Assembly: GCA_016794285.1 (NCBI GenBank)
Contig: JAEUKO010000002.1
Span: 1,424 to 58,642 of the forward strand
Direction of reading: 5' to 3'
Length of the DNA: 57,219 bases
Source of the DNA: Alphaproteobacteria bacterium
GTDB taxonomy: Bacteria > Pseudomonadota > Alphaproteobacteria > Micavibrionales > Micavibrionaceae
Shown here in pieces: positions 27,926-37,365 of this stretch (positions are counted from its first letter, which is position 1; each line of letters opens with the position of its first letter). Position numbers and translations under genes: made by a program. The notes below the pieces were generated by a model. It was not told the origin of the DNA. It did not search any database and saw nothing but the letters and a program-made list of their open reading frames with translations.

Positions 27926-28180
27926 TTACGCGTCATTGGCTGCAGCAGGTGCCGAGCTAACTCGGGCATGCTTGCGAACACGGCTGTAAGGAAGGAAATT
28001 GCAAAGAATAATCCGTGCATCCGATGGCGAAAGAATCGCAGAGCCGCGAGCTTTACGTTTCATGGATTTTGGTTTGTTCATCTGCATATGGCGCATATTG
28101 GCCTGTTTGCATTTCACGCGGCCAGAGCCGGTGATCGTGAACCGCTTTTTGGCGGCACTTTTAGTTTTCATCTTCGGCAT
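27926..28180 (-). CDS. rpmI: 50S ribosomal protein L35 (with ~18-aa C-terminal extension)
   Basis: [31 protein letters not shown]... The usual end ...LPY is followed by [19 protein letters not shown]. Confidence 0.9.
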   Translation of the reverse strand: MPKMKTKSAAKKRFTITGSGRVKCKQANMRHMQMNKPKSMKRKARGSAILSPSDARIILCNFLPYSRVRKHARVSSAPAAANDA

Positions 28181-28205
28181 TTTTGTCTCCTAGGTTAGAG
28201 AGTTA

Positions 28206-28246
28206 GCAAAAACCCGCCGAGGCAGCCGATATACAAGCCAGACGGG
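28206..28246 (-). promoter_or_regulatory. terminator-like hairpin in rpmI-rplT leader
   Basis: Minus strand: CCCGTC...GGCGGG stem with an inner GGC/GCC pairing, then TTTTTG, about 25 nt upstream of the rpmI start. Confidence 0.35.
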
Positions 28247-28449
28247 TCACAATCAGGAATGGTGGGTTATACACAAGCTAAGGCCCTAAAAGCAAGAAGA
28301 TAATTGCTGGTCCCTCGGCCCCCTATTTGTATATTACATAACGTTAAAGAAATGGCGGATATGAGAAGATTTGAAGCAGCCGCATGACTTTGGAGCAAAA
28401 ATGCTCTAAAGTCGTTTTCTTGATTTGTGATCCTATTCCCATGGACGAT

Positions 28450-29214
28450 ATGAAAAAGTTCTTTCTTGGCTTGTTTGCTACTTGTTTTATAGGTGGAGCC
28501 GCCGCCGCCGCGACGTTTATTGGCTACGCCTATCCTTATGGTCATTTGGACCTGAACAAGGAGTTGGGTCCAACCCCTTTGGTTGTCGAGATGTTTACAA
28601 CACCGGCTTGTATTTTTTGTCCGGTTGCGGATAGTTTTTTTGGCGACCTTGTCAAAAAAGCCCCGATTATTGCGGTGAGTTGTCCGGTAGATCATCTAGA
28701 TGTCAAGGTTGAACCCATTGGCCTTAAAACTTGCACCCAGCGGCATTACGGTTACGCTGCTTCTATTCCAACCTCAACTTTTACGCCCCTCATGATTATT
28801 AACGGGCGCGAACCAGTGGTAGCCTATTCTTATACCAAGGTCTTAGAAGCCCTCCGCAAAGAAGCAAAAACTCCACCTGTTCATCTGAATATTAAAAAAA
28901 TGGGAAAGGGAACCTACAGTTTCGACTTGCCCGAAACCGAGATGGGACACGTTAGGGGGTTCAGTAAAGATGCCAATATCATTCTGATTGAATACAAAAA
29001 ACCAACTGCGAAAATCATTAAGGACGGAGATAGCCAAGGCGTCACCACTCATTACACCCATATGGCCTCTTCTGTGGTCAAATTGGAAGAATGGGATGGG
29101 AAAGCCAAGACTTTTAATTTTCCTCTGACTCCGGACCCCTCTTCAGAGGGAGCCGCAATTTTGGTTCAAAACCGTAAGGTTGGAATTATCGCAGCCGGCG
29201 AGATTAAGTTTTAA
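28450..29214 (+). CDS. DUF1223-like thioredoxin-fold secreted protein
   Basis: MKKFFLGLFATCF signal, then VVEMFTTPACIFCPVAD, matching the DUF1223 E(L)FTSQGCSSCPPAD signature. An alternative ATG is at 28441. Confidence 0.7.
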   Translation: MKKFFLGLFATCFIGGAAAAATFIGYAYPYGHLDLNKELGPTPLVVEMFTTPACIFCPVADSFFGDLVKKAPIIAVSCPVDHLDVKVEPIGLKTCTQRHYGYAASIPTSTFTPLMIINGREPVVAYSYTKVLEALRKEAKTPPVHLNIKKMGKGTYSFDLPETEMGHVRGFSKDANIILIEYKKPTAKIIKDGDSQGVTTHYTHMASSVVKLEEWDGKAKTFNFPLTPDPSSEGAAILVQNRKVGIIAAGEIKF

Positions 29215-31970
29215 TGGGCCTGTGACCAATTTTTTCCGCATTTAGCATCGGCCACCAATGGAATACTAAATCGGGCCACAGACTCCATTGCTGCTTTAAT
29301 CATCTTCGCAAGCCTTTCGGCTTCATTCTCTGGTCCTTCCAGAACCAGCTCATCATGAACTTGTAGCAGAAGACGCACAGGAAGGTTTTCTTCCTCAATC
29401 ATTTTGTTTACACGAATCATGGCCATCTTAATCAAGTCAGCCGCCGTTCCTTGCAAGGGTGCGTTGATTGCTTGCCGTTCAGCAAAATTGCGCCGTGCGG
29501 CATTCTTATCATGAATGCCGGCAATCATGCATTTGCGACCATAAAGGGTTCGTACGAATCCATTGTCTCGCGCTTCAGCCTTGGTGCGGTCCATAAAGGC
29601 ACTCAGTTCAGGAAACCGTCCAAGATATTGTTTGATATAAGCGGAAGCCTCGGATGGAGAACAATCAAGCTGTTTGGCAAGACCAAACCCACTGATGCCG
29701 TAGATAATTCCAAAGTTGATGGCTTTAGCCTTGCGGCGAATATCGGGAGTCATCTGGTCAAGAGGAATGCCAAAAACTTGAGAGGCGGTTAAGGCGTGAA
29801 TATCTTCTCCGCTCCGAAAGGCTTGTTTAAGAACTTCAATGCCGGCCATCTCCGCAACAAGGCGCAGCTCAATCTGGCTGTAGTCAGCAGAGATCAAAAG
29901 ATGTCCTTCTTCCGCAACAAAAGCAGTGCGGATCAAGCGACCCTCTTCGGTACGAATGGGTATATTTTGCAAGTTCGGGTCAGAAGAAGACAGCCTCCCT
30001 GTATTGGTCAAGGCCATTGAGAACGAGGTGTGAACGCGGCCTGTTGCGGGATTGATAGCTTCTTGCAATGCTTCGGTGTAGGTGGATTTGAGTTTCGAGA
30101 GATGTCGCCATTCCAAAATTTTTTCAACAAAGCCGTGGCCTTGAACCGCAAGGTCTTCAAGAACATCGGCAGAGGTGGACCATTCTCCCGTTTTGGTTTT
30201 TGTTCCTCCGCTGAGTCCCATCTCGTCAAATAATACAGTTCCAAGCTGCTTGGGCGAACCTACATTAAACGTGTGCCCAGCTAGTTTGTGAATCTCATCT
30301 TCCAGAGTCACAATTTTAACACCGAATGTCTGACTCAAAGATCGCAAAACAAGAGGATCAACTTTGATACCGGCAAATTCCATGTGTGCAATGATATCGG
30401 CCAGAGGGCGTTCTATATCTTCGTAAACCGCCGTCATTTTTTCTGGTGCAAGGCGCGGCTTCAAGTGATGATAAAGTCGCAGCGTAAAATCCGCATCCTC
30501 AGCAGCGTAGTCGCAGGCTTTGTCCAGAGGAACGGTTGCGAAAGAAATACGACCCTTTCCGGTTCCGGTAACCTCATCATAGGAAATCATTTTATGGCCG
30601 CAAAGAGTCAGGGCTAGTTCATCAAGACCATGACCGTGGGATGTTCCATCCAGAACATAGGACATCAACATTGTGTCATCAAGCGGACATATCTGCACGC
30701 CATACGGCATCAACATTTGTAAATCAAATTTAATATTGTGGCCGACTTTGAGAAGGCTCGGATCTCTTAAAAGTGGTTGCAAGACATCCAAAATCTCGGA
30801 GATACTCGGCTGAGCAAGAGAGTCTTGAGAAAGTCCGAGCAAGTCCCCCCCACCATCATGACCAACAGGAATATAACAAGCGCGGCCTGCCCGCGTGGCA
30901 AGGGAAATACCAACCAGCTTTGCGCGAGCTGGAGTAAGCCCCGTTGTTTCAGTATCAATCGCCAGTAAACCAGTTTCTTCGGCATCCTTGATCCAGTCTT
31001 TGAGCAAAGCTGGCGATGTCATCAGGGTGTAGTCTGTTTGAAGAGGAGGAAAAACCTCTGGAGTTGCGGCAGAGGAAGAAGCAATGGGAGCAGGAGGTGT
31101 GGTCAAAGATTTCTGGGCCATACGCGCTGCCAGAGATTTGAACCCTTGAGCCTCTAGAAAATCGACCAATCTTTGTGAGAAAGGGTGTTCCGGAACAAGG
31201 GTTTCAATAGCTTGAGGAACTGGAACTTGATCGCTGAGCGTTACCAGCTTTTTTGACATCCGCGCTGCTTCGGCATTTTGTTCAAGAGATTCTCGCCGCT
31301 TAGGTTGTTTTATGTCCGCCGTTCGGTTCAAGAGTTCTTCGAGACTTCCGTATTCAGTAATGAGTTGTGCCGCAGTCTTGACACCAATTCCCGGGACCCC
31401 GGGAACATTGTCAATGGAGTCTCCAGCCAAGGATTGCACATCAATGACCTTATCTGGGAGAACCCCGAATTTTTCCATGACTTCGGCTGGACCGATGATG
31501 GTTTGCTTGATGGGGTCCATCAAGCGGACTCCATCCCGAACCAACTGCATCAAATCTTTATCAGAAGACACAATCGTAACACCGATACCGGATTCAACAC
31601 CCAATCTTGCGTAAGTGGCAATCAAATCGTCCGCTTCAAACCCATCAAGTTCCAAAGAGGGAAGCCCATAAGCCTTAGTGGCTTCGCGAATCAAAGCAAA
31701 CTGGGGAATAAGGTCTTCGGGCGGAGGAGGACGGTTGGCCTTGTAGGCTGGATAAATCTCATTTCGAAAAGTTTGACGCGATGTATCAAAGACTACAGCA
31801 ATTTTGGCGTGGGGGTGATCGAGAAGGAGTTTGAGCAACATATTGCAAAAACCCATGACGGCTCCGACCGGTGTTCCATCACGGCGAGTCAGGGGCGGCA
31901 ACGCATGATAGGCCCGAAAAATAAACCCCGAGCCATCGACCAGAAACAGATCATCCGAATTTGAAACCAT
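29211..31970 (-). CDS. polA: DNA polymerase I
   Basis: 919 aa with a 5'-nuclease domain, a 3'-5' exonuclease domain (DTETTGL) and polymerase motifs (DYSQIELR, QVHDELV). Confidence 0.97.
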   Translation of the reverse strand: MVSNSDDLFLVDGSGFIFRAYHALPPLTRRDGTPVGAVMGFCNMLLKLLLDHPHAKIAVVFDTSRQTFRNEIYPAYKANRPPPPEDLIPQFALIREATKAYGLPSLELDGFEADDLIATYARLGVESGIGVTIVSSDKDLMQLVRDGVRLMDPIKQTIIGPAEVMEKFGVLPDKVIDVQSLAGDSIDNVPGVPGIGVKTAAQLITEYGSLEELLNRTADIKQPKRRESLEQNAEAARMSKKLVTLSDQVPVPQAIETLVPEHPFSQRLVDFLEAQGFKSLAARMAQKSLTTPPAPIASSSAATPEVFPPLQTDYTLMTSPALLKDWIKDAEETGLLAIDTETTGLTPARAKLVGISLATRAGRACYIPVGHDGGGDLLGLSQDSLAQPSISEILDVLQPLLRDPSLLKVGHNIKFDLQMLMPYGVQICPLDDTMLMSYVLDGTSHGHGLDELALTLCGHKMISYDEVTGTGKGRISFATVPLDKACDYAAEDADFTLRLYHHLKPRLAPEKMTAVYEDIERPLADIIAHMEFAGIKVDPLVLRSLSQTFGVKIVTLEDEIHKLAGHTFNVGSPKQLGTVLFDEMGLSGGTKTKTGEWSTSADVLEDLAVQGHGFVEKILEWRHLSKLKSTYTEALQEAINPATGRVHTSFSMALTNTGRLSSSDPNLQNIPIRTEEGRLIRTAFVAEEGHLLISADYSQIELRLVAEMAGIEVLKQAFRSGEDIHALTASQVFGIPLDQMTPDIRRKAKAINFGIIYGISGFGLAKQLDCSPSEASAYIKQYLGRFPELSAFMDRTKAEARDNGFVRTLYGRKCMIAGIHDKNAARRNFAERQAINAPLQGTAADLIKMAMIRVNKMIEEENLPVRLLLQVHDELVLEGPENEAERLAKMIKAAMESVARFSIPLVADAKCGKNWSQAH

Positions 31971-32115
31971 GGTGACGTTCTATCGGACTTTTCCAAACCG
32001 CGATAGAGGGAGCGATAGCGGACGTAGTTACGAAAATTATAACCTGTCTAGCCTTTTATAAAAACAACGTGATACGGTTTCCCCTGACCAACTTTCTTCC
32101 GTTTTGGGATGGACC

Positions 32116-33363
32116 ATGCGTCTTTTCTTTTCTCTTTCTCCGTCACGCTTTTGGGCATGGGCCTCTTTTCTCTTGCTGCTAACGGCACTTGCCGCAGCAA
32201 TCAACCCGCTGACCCTTTCGGCGAGTCTTCCCCTCTTGAGCTTGAGTTTTGGAGTGGGATACCGTCTTACCTTTCGCCAGTGGCCGCCTGTTGATTGGAC
32301 TTTGCTTTTTTTTCTTCTGGCTCCTGCTCTCCTTGGTATGGCCAGTTGGTTTTGGTCGATCACCCCTGCTGCAAGCTTTGAGCGGGCCTTGAAAATTGGC
32401 GGGTTGACGGTTCCGGCTATATGGCTTTTCTCGGTGATCTCCCTCCGTCCCGATTCTGTTAGAGAGATTTTTGCACGTTATGCCCCCGTGATTTATACTA
32501 TTCTGGCCACAGGGGTTGCGATTGAATTGGTGTTCGATTTTCCCTTGTATCGTGGGTTTTCGGGGGTTTCAGAAGACGAAGCTATTTCAACCTCCATTCT
32601 TAACAAATTTATGGCGGTCCTCATTTTGCCGCTCCCCTACCTGATCTCCTTTTTGTTAGAGCAGAAGAAATACTACGTTCTCGCGACGCTGGTTGGGATG
32701 ACTTTGGTTGCTTTGTTGACGACCCAATCGCAAGCGGCCCAGATGGCTAGCCTCGTCATGGGTGGAGCATGGCTTGGAATTCGGTTTCTTCCCCGTATCA
32801 CTCCTGTTTTGACCTTTGCCGTGATTGGTCTCATTCTGGTTGTCTTGCCGTGGTTGGCTCCCTTTTTATACAACCATTTGGGGGAGGAATTTAGAAACGG
32901 AGCGTGGCTGGTTCGTGCCGCTTCTTCCAGTGAACGTCTTGAAGTTTACACATTCGTTTCACAGCGGATTCAACAAAACCCGCTCTACGGTTTTGGTATG
33001 GACTGCACACGGTCCATTACTGATTTTGTCAGTGCCAAAAAATACTTCCCATCTTCGACGATTATGCACCCGCATAACATCGGTCTTCAGCTTTGGATTG
33101 AGTTTGGTTGTTTTGGGATTGCGCTGGCTCTATCCGCTCTTTTGTTCGTTTATAAAAGGCTTCGGATGCGTCTCATAGACCAACAAATTCTCCCCTTCAC
33201 AGTCTTTTGTGGGACGGTGGTGTTTTTGATGGTGTCGTGGTCTCTTTGGGCGAGCTGGCTTATCAGCTTGCAACTCTTCATGCTGGCTTTTACCCTACTG
33301 GTCTCACCACCTGTGCAAAAAAGACTTCCCGAAGGGCTTCCCGAAACGGCTTCTCCGGTATAA
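32116..33363 (+). CDS. O-antigen ligase (Wzy_C) family membrane protein
   Basis: About 10-12 TM segments with a periplasmic loop HPHNIGLQLWIEFG typical of the O-antigen ligase family. ATG at 32116 (TTG at 32104 is possible). Confidence 0.75.
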   Translation: MRLFFSLSPSRFWAWASFLLLLTALAAAINPLTLSASLPLLSLSFGVGYRLTFRQWPPVDWTLLFFLLAPALLGMASWFWSITPAASFERALKIGGLTVPAIWLFSVISLRPDSVREIFARYAPVIYTILATGVAIELVFDFPLYRGFSGVSEDEAISTSILNKFMAVLILPLPYLISFLLEQKKYYVLATLVGMTLVALLTTQSQAAQMASLVMGGAWLGIRFLPRITPVLTFAVIGLILVVLPWLAPFLYNHLGEEFRNGAWLVRAASSSERLEVYTFVSQRIQQNPLYGFGMDCTRSITDFVSAKKYFPSSTIMHPHNIGLQLWIEFGCFGIALALSALLFVYKRLRMRLIDQQILPFTVFCGTVVFLMVSWSLWASWLISLQLFMLAFTLLVSPPVQKRLPEGLPETASPV

Positions 33364-33402
33364 ATTAAGACTCATATGCCTTTTGAAAAAGAAAGTTTGA
33401 CG

Positions 33403-33534
33403 ATGAAGAAAAAATTTGTCATATTGTTTTCGCTGGTGACTGCGATTCTTTCGCTGTCCGCTTGTGGCAACACAGCAAATGGAGTAGGCAAGGACTTTGA
33501 AAATTGGGGCCGCACTATTCAGGATACGTTTTAA
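33403..33534 (+). CDS. entericidin-like small lipoprotein (43 aa; below ORF-track cutoff)
   Basis: Translates to MKKKFVILFSLVTAILSLSACGNTANGVGKDFENWGRTIQDTF. It has lipobox LSAC and the entericidin-type NT.NGVGKD.E..G motif. Confidence 0.65.
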   Translation: MKKKFVILFSLVTAILSLSACGNTANGVGKDFENWGRTIQDTF

Positions 33535-33550
33535 TCAGGGGGTAATTTAG

Positions 33551-33856
33551 ATGCTTCGTTTTGTACTATTAGCTTTAATCGTTTTTGGAATTTCTCTTCC
33601 AGCCTTGGCGCGAGATGACGGCGGGTTTGGCTCTGCCCGTTTCTCCGGCAAAGCACCGGCGGCTCTTGGTGGAGAAACGCCAGCTTCATCTTCTTCGGAT
33701 TTGGCGCAAGAGGAAACAGTTCCCTTTGATCCAAACCAAATCGAACCCGCTGCGGGAGAGGAAGAAGACTCCGTCAATCAAACCCCCTCTGCTCCAGTTG
33801 TTAAGAAAGAAGATCAGAAAGAGCCGGATCTATCCGAATACGATCTTGCTCCTTAA
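33551..33856 (+). CDS. hypothetical secreted acidic low-complexity protein
   Basis: Signal peptide MLRFVLLALIVFGISLPALA, then an E/S/P/A-rich sequence. Confidence 0.45.
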   Translation: MLRFVLLALIVFGISLPALARDDGGFGSARFSGKAPAALGGETPASSSSDLAQEETVPFDPNQIEPAAGEEEDSVNQTPSAPVVKKEDQKEPDLSEYDLAP

Positions 33857-33885
33857 AGCTTTAACTAAGTTTATAATTATTTATA

Positions 33886-34017
33886 CAGTTGTCATCCCCG
33901 ACAAGGGAAGAGAAGCTGACCGCAGGTCGGGGATCTGGTATGTGAGTGCAGCGAAGCTGCACAAGATTCCGGATCCCGTTTGTGCCAGCGTCCTGCGGAC
34001 GCGCCAACGGGATGGCG
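33886..34017 (-). repeat. MITE-like three-hairpin palindromic repeat, copy B (inverted relative to copy A)
   Basis: GTCATCCCCGACAAGGG...CCAACGGGATGGCG has the same three hairpins. The middle hairpin is GTGCAGC-GAA-GCTGCAC, with compensatory changes relative to copy A. Confidence 0.75.
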
Positions 34018-34061
34018 TATAAGTAACTATATAGGCTTGGCTACTCTTTCCCAGAAAGGGC

Positions 34062-35276
34062 CTAGCGGCCAAGGCGGTCGGCAAGGTTCTTAGGCAATAA
34101 GAACCAGTATCGTCCAGCGGATTTCATGGGACCTGCGTTTTCCTCTGCTGTGGTCCCGTGTCCCCAAAACACATCGCCTCGAACAGGGCCTTGAATGGCT
34201 CCGCCAGTGTCTTGGGCAACCATAACTTTTTGAATGGGGGGAAGAGCTGGGTTCGGGCTATTTGCAGCAAGAAAAAGAGGAAGGCCATAAGGAATCAAAG
34301 ACCGATCAACGGCCAAAGACCGTTCTGGTGTAAGAGGGAGTCCTTCTCCTCCAATCGGTCCGCCGTTCTTCTCAACATCGGAATCAGTGAAACGGAAAAA
34401 AACGTAGGATTTGTTGGTTTGCATGATATTGGTGGCATCTTGAGGATGCGCACTCAGCCAAGCGCGAATGGTTTGCATCGACACGTTGTCTTTGGTCAGG
34501 GCTCCCCGTTTAATCAATTCTTTCCCAATAGCAGAATAGACATGGCCGTTTTGACCATCAAACCCTACCCGCCTTTCGCTGCCATCGGTCATTGTTACGA
34601 CACCAGACCCCTGAACCTGAAGGAAGAACGCCCCAACAGCACTATCTGTCCATAGCAAAGGAATCTCCATACCAGCGGGAAGTTTTCCGTTCTCAATAGC
34701 GGCGCGATCTTCATAAGGTTTGAGGTAACCATCTGTAACCCGTCCAGCAATGCGTTGACCGCGCAGTTCAGGACGAAATTCCCCCAAGTTAACCATGACC
34801 AAATCAGCCGGCCGTGCCAGAAGCGGAATTTGATAAGGCCTCTCTCGATTGAAAGATCCCTTGAGAGAAGCTTCGTAATAACCAGTGAAGAGACCTTCAG
34901 GCTTCCCATCTGCCAAAGCGGCAACAGGAGTAAACCATGTTTCAAAATAACGGCGGGCTTGGTCAGGCGTGGCTGTTTCAACCGGAGGCAAGGCTTGGCA
35001 GGCCTTTTGCCAATCGCTGTACTGCCCCGCCCAAGGATCTGGGCCAAACGGTTTGTCTGCGGATTGCTTGAGAATTCTGGTGCAGGAGCGGGAAAAAGCA
35101 AGCAGTCCCGCATCGTGCGCATCAGACTCCCACCCGGGAAGGTCCGAAAAAGAGGCAAGCTTGAACCCCAATACTTCTTTTTTAGACGGGGGGGGCGTTT
35201 CAATTCCTCCCCATTCAGCACATCCAGAGAGCATGAACAACACCGTAGCCGAAGCCAAAAAGAGAGAGAGTTTCAT
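34062..35276 (-). CDS. mltA: membrane-bound lytic murein transglycosylase A
   Basis: Lipobox LSGC, MltA domain and C-terminal 3D domain (AQDTGGAIQGPVRGDVFWG). Confidence 0.92.
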   Translation of the reverse strand: MKLSLFLASATVLFMLSGCAEWGGIETPPPSKKEVLGFKLASFSDLPGWESDAHDAGLLAFSRSCTRILKQSADKPFGPDPWAGQYSDWQKACQALPPVETATPDQARRYFETWFTPVAALADGKPEGLFTGYYEASLKGSFNRERPYQIPLLARPADLVMVNLGEFRPELRGQRIAGRVTDGYLKPYEDRAAIENGKLPAGMEIPLLWTDSAVGAFFLQVQGSGVVTMTDGSERRVGFDGQNGHVYSAIGKELIKRGALTKDNVSMQTIRAWLSAHPQDATNIMQTNKSYVFFRFTDSDVEKNGGPIGGEGLPLTPERSLAVDRSLIPYGLPLFLAANSPNPALPPIQKVMVAQDTGGAIQGPVRGDVFWGHGTTAEENAGPMKSAGRYWFLLPKNLADRLGR

Positions 35277-35279
35277 CGC

Positions 35280-35999
35280 TTACTTCGCATCAGGAATATA
35301 TGTTTTGGTATGTTCGGGCACATCATCGGACGTTTCATACAAAAACCACGTTGGATCTTTGCTCCGCAAGTCGTGGCCAAAAGTCCATACATCGTTCATT
35401 TCTGTGATTCGGTCAGGATTGCCAGACAGAATATTGCCATCCCGATCACGCGTGACCGAAGTTTCATCGGCAATGAAACGAATCTTAATATAAGCCATAC
35501 GCTCCATCAGACGAACATCGATAATCTGGGTTTTCCGAACGGCGTGAATCTCGGTTGCCACTGTTTGACCTTTGACTTGTCGGTCCTCAATCGCTTGTTC
35601 AAAAGCAGTATAAACACCAGGAGAAAGGAGATCTTTAAGAGTCCGCAAATCCCCTTTCGCAAAGGCTTCTATAATAATGGGGAAAGCCTCGCGCGCTCCT
35701 TCTACAAAAATATGGGGATCAAAACTGCGATCTGCGCGAATGAGGTCCAAAATTCCTTGTTGAGCATCTTTGTCCTGACAGTCTATTCCGTGCAGCAGAT
35801 CATCGACCATGTCACGATCGGGATAGACTCCGTCCGTTATGTCTAAGATTTTTCCACGTGTTTCAAGGCGTGACGGCTCCATTCCTTCTAAAGGATTGGT
35901 CCGTTCGCGTTCGCTGCCGTGGCGTGTTCCCAGTGTATTTCTGAGCCAAAAAACAAGAACTGCGGCAATAACAACGTAAAGGAGAAGATCAACAGGCAC
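35280..35999 (-). CDS. Tim44-like domain protein
   Basis: N-terminal TM and C-terminal Tim44-like fold. Conserved alphaproteobacterial position between mltA and secB. Confidence 0.8.
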   Translation of the reverse strand: MPVDLLLYVVIAAVLVFWLRNTLGTRHGSERERTNPLEGMEPSRLETRGKILDITDGVYPDRDMVDDLLHGIDCQDKDAQQGILDLIRADRSFDPHIFVEGAREAFPIIIEAFAKGDLRTLKDLLSPGVYTAFEQAIEDRQVKGQTVATEIHAVRKTQIIDVRLMERMAYIKIRFIADETSVTRDRDGNILSGNPDRITEMNDVWTFGHDLRSKDPTWFLYETSDDVPEHTKTYIPDAK

Positions 36000-36150
36000 A
36001 GGAAAACCCCCTATAAAAGCAACACCAATTACTCAATATACAGCCTATTTGAGCAGAGATACAAGCAGAAGGGACATTCTTCCCGACTTGTTATGTCGCC
36101 TTGTTTCTGCTAATTCGATTTACGCTTTAGATTTAACCATAGGTAATATT

Positions 36151-36660
36151 ATGACAGATTCAGAATCCCTTTCGTCCGAAGGCGCAGAAAAAGTTGTGGT
36201 CCAAGCCCCAAACCTGCCTTTGATGGTCCATGCCCAGTATGTCAAGGATATATCCTTCGAAAATCCCCATGCTCCGCATTCTCTGCGGGCTGGACTTGAA
36301 ACTCCCCGTATGGATGTCAACATCACACTGGATGCGCGTGCGCTTGAAGACGATAAGATCAAGTCGTTATATGAAGTTGTTTTGCGCGTTGCAGCCCGAG
36401 CCGAGCGCAAAGAACAAACCGTCTATGTGGCAGAGGTTTTGTATGCAGTTTGCGTTTCTTTACCCAACGTTCCTGAAGAACATCACCATCCAGTGCTTCT
36501 GGTCGAGGTTCCGAAGCTCGCCTTTCCTTATGCTAGAAAAATTCTTGCTGATCTCACCCAAGACGGGGGGTTTTCTCCGCTGATGCTCGGACCAGTTGAT
36601 TTCCACTCCATGTACATCTCGCGTTTTGCAGCGAAGGACGATTCGCAAAAATCAAATTAA
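36151..36660 (+). CDS. secB: protein-export chaperone SecB
   Basis: LPLMVHAQYVKDISFENPHAP...LLVEVPKLAFPYARKILADLTQDGGF. ATG at 36151 gives about 169 aa. Confidence 0.92.
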   Translation: MTDSESLSSEGAEKVVVQAPNLPLMVHAQYVKDISFENPHAPHSLRAGLETPRMDVNITLDARALEDDKIKSLYEVVLRVAARAERKEQTVYVAEVLYAVCVSLPNVPEEHHHPVLLVEVPKLAFPYARKILADLTQDGGFSPLMLGPVDFHSMYISRFAAKDDSQKSN

Positions 36661-36669
36661 AACCAGCGG

Positions 36670-37365
36670 CTAAACCGAGGTCTCCCATAAATGGTCTTTA
36701 AGGTCGTCCAACATTGTCTGGTGGACGGCCTTTTCTTCAGGAGGAACGGCAAAAAGGCGAGGTTCCCGATAAGGACGATCTTGCCTTGGTGTACTCACAG
36801 AATCTTGCTTGTTCTCCCCCTCTATTTTTTCGCTACCAAGTCCAAGTCCATGCTGGCGACCTCCCATCAATTCTAGATACACCTGTGCGAGCAATTGAGA
36901 GTCAAGCAAAGCGCCGTGAAGAGACCGGTCGGAAAGGTCAACACCAAAACGACGACAAAGAGCATCCAGATTAGCGGGTTGTCCCGGGTATTTTTTCCGC
37001 GCCAATAGCAATGTGTCGGTGACATCATTCAATTTTATAAGCGGAAACCCGTAGGGTTTAAGTTCAGCGTTTAGGAATTTAACATCGAATTCTGCATTGT
37101 GAATAACCAGTTTTCCATCGGCAATGAAGTCCATTAAATTTCCAACAATTTCGCCAAAGGTAGGCTTGTCTTTCAGGAATTCGGTTTTGATACCGTGAAC
37201 GGCAGCGGCTCCGGCCTCAACCTCTCTTTCTGGGTTGATATAAGTTTGCCAAGTTCTGCCCGTGGGAACATGGTTGAGAAGTTCAACGCAGCCAATCTCT
37301 ATGATTTTATGTCCCTCGTCTGGGTCCATACCGGTGGTTTCGGTATCAAGAACAATTTCACGCAT
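36670..37365 (-). CDS. dnaQ: DNA polymerase III epsilon subunit (3'-5' exonuclease)
   Basis: MREIVLDTETTG, HNAEFD and HGALLDSQLLAQVY exo motifs. Confidence 0.95.
   Translation of the reverse strand: MREIVLDTETTGMDPDEGHKIIEIGCVELLNHVPTGRTWQTYINPEREVEAGAAAVHGIKTEFLKDKPTFGEIVGNLMDFIADGKLVIHNAEFDVKFLNAELKPYGFPLIKLNDVTDTLLLARKKYPGQPANLDALCRRFGVDLSDRSLHGALLDSQLLAQVYLELMGGRQHGLGLGSEKIEGENKQDSVSTPRQDRPYREPRLFAVPPEEKAVHQTMLDDLKDHLWETSV

Noticed and set aside
28267-28695. 142-aa minus-strand ORF
   Set aside because: It overlaps the start of the DUF1223-like gene and the rpmI leader, and its Arg/Asn-rich translation has no motifs.
34755-35846. 363-aa plus-strand ORF and the 34595..35221 and 34969..35493 ORFs
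   Set aside because: They are antisense to, or out of frame with, the well-supported mltA and Tim44-like genes. Their low-complexity Arg/Ser-rich translations have no motifs.
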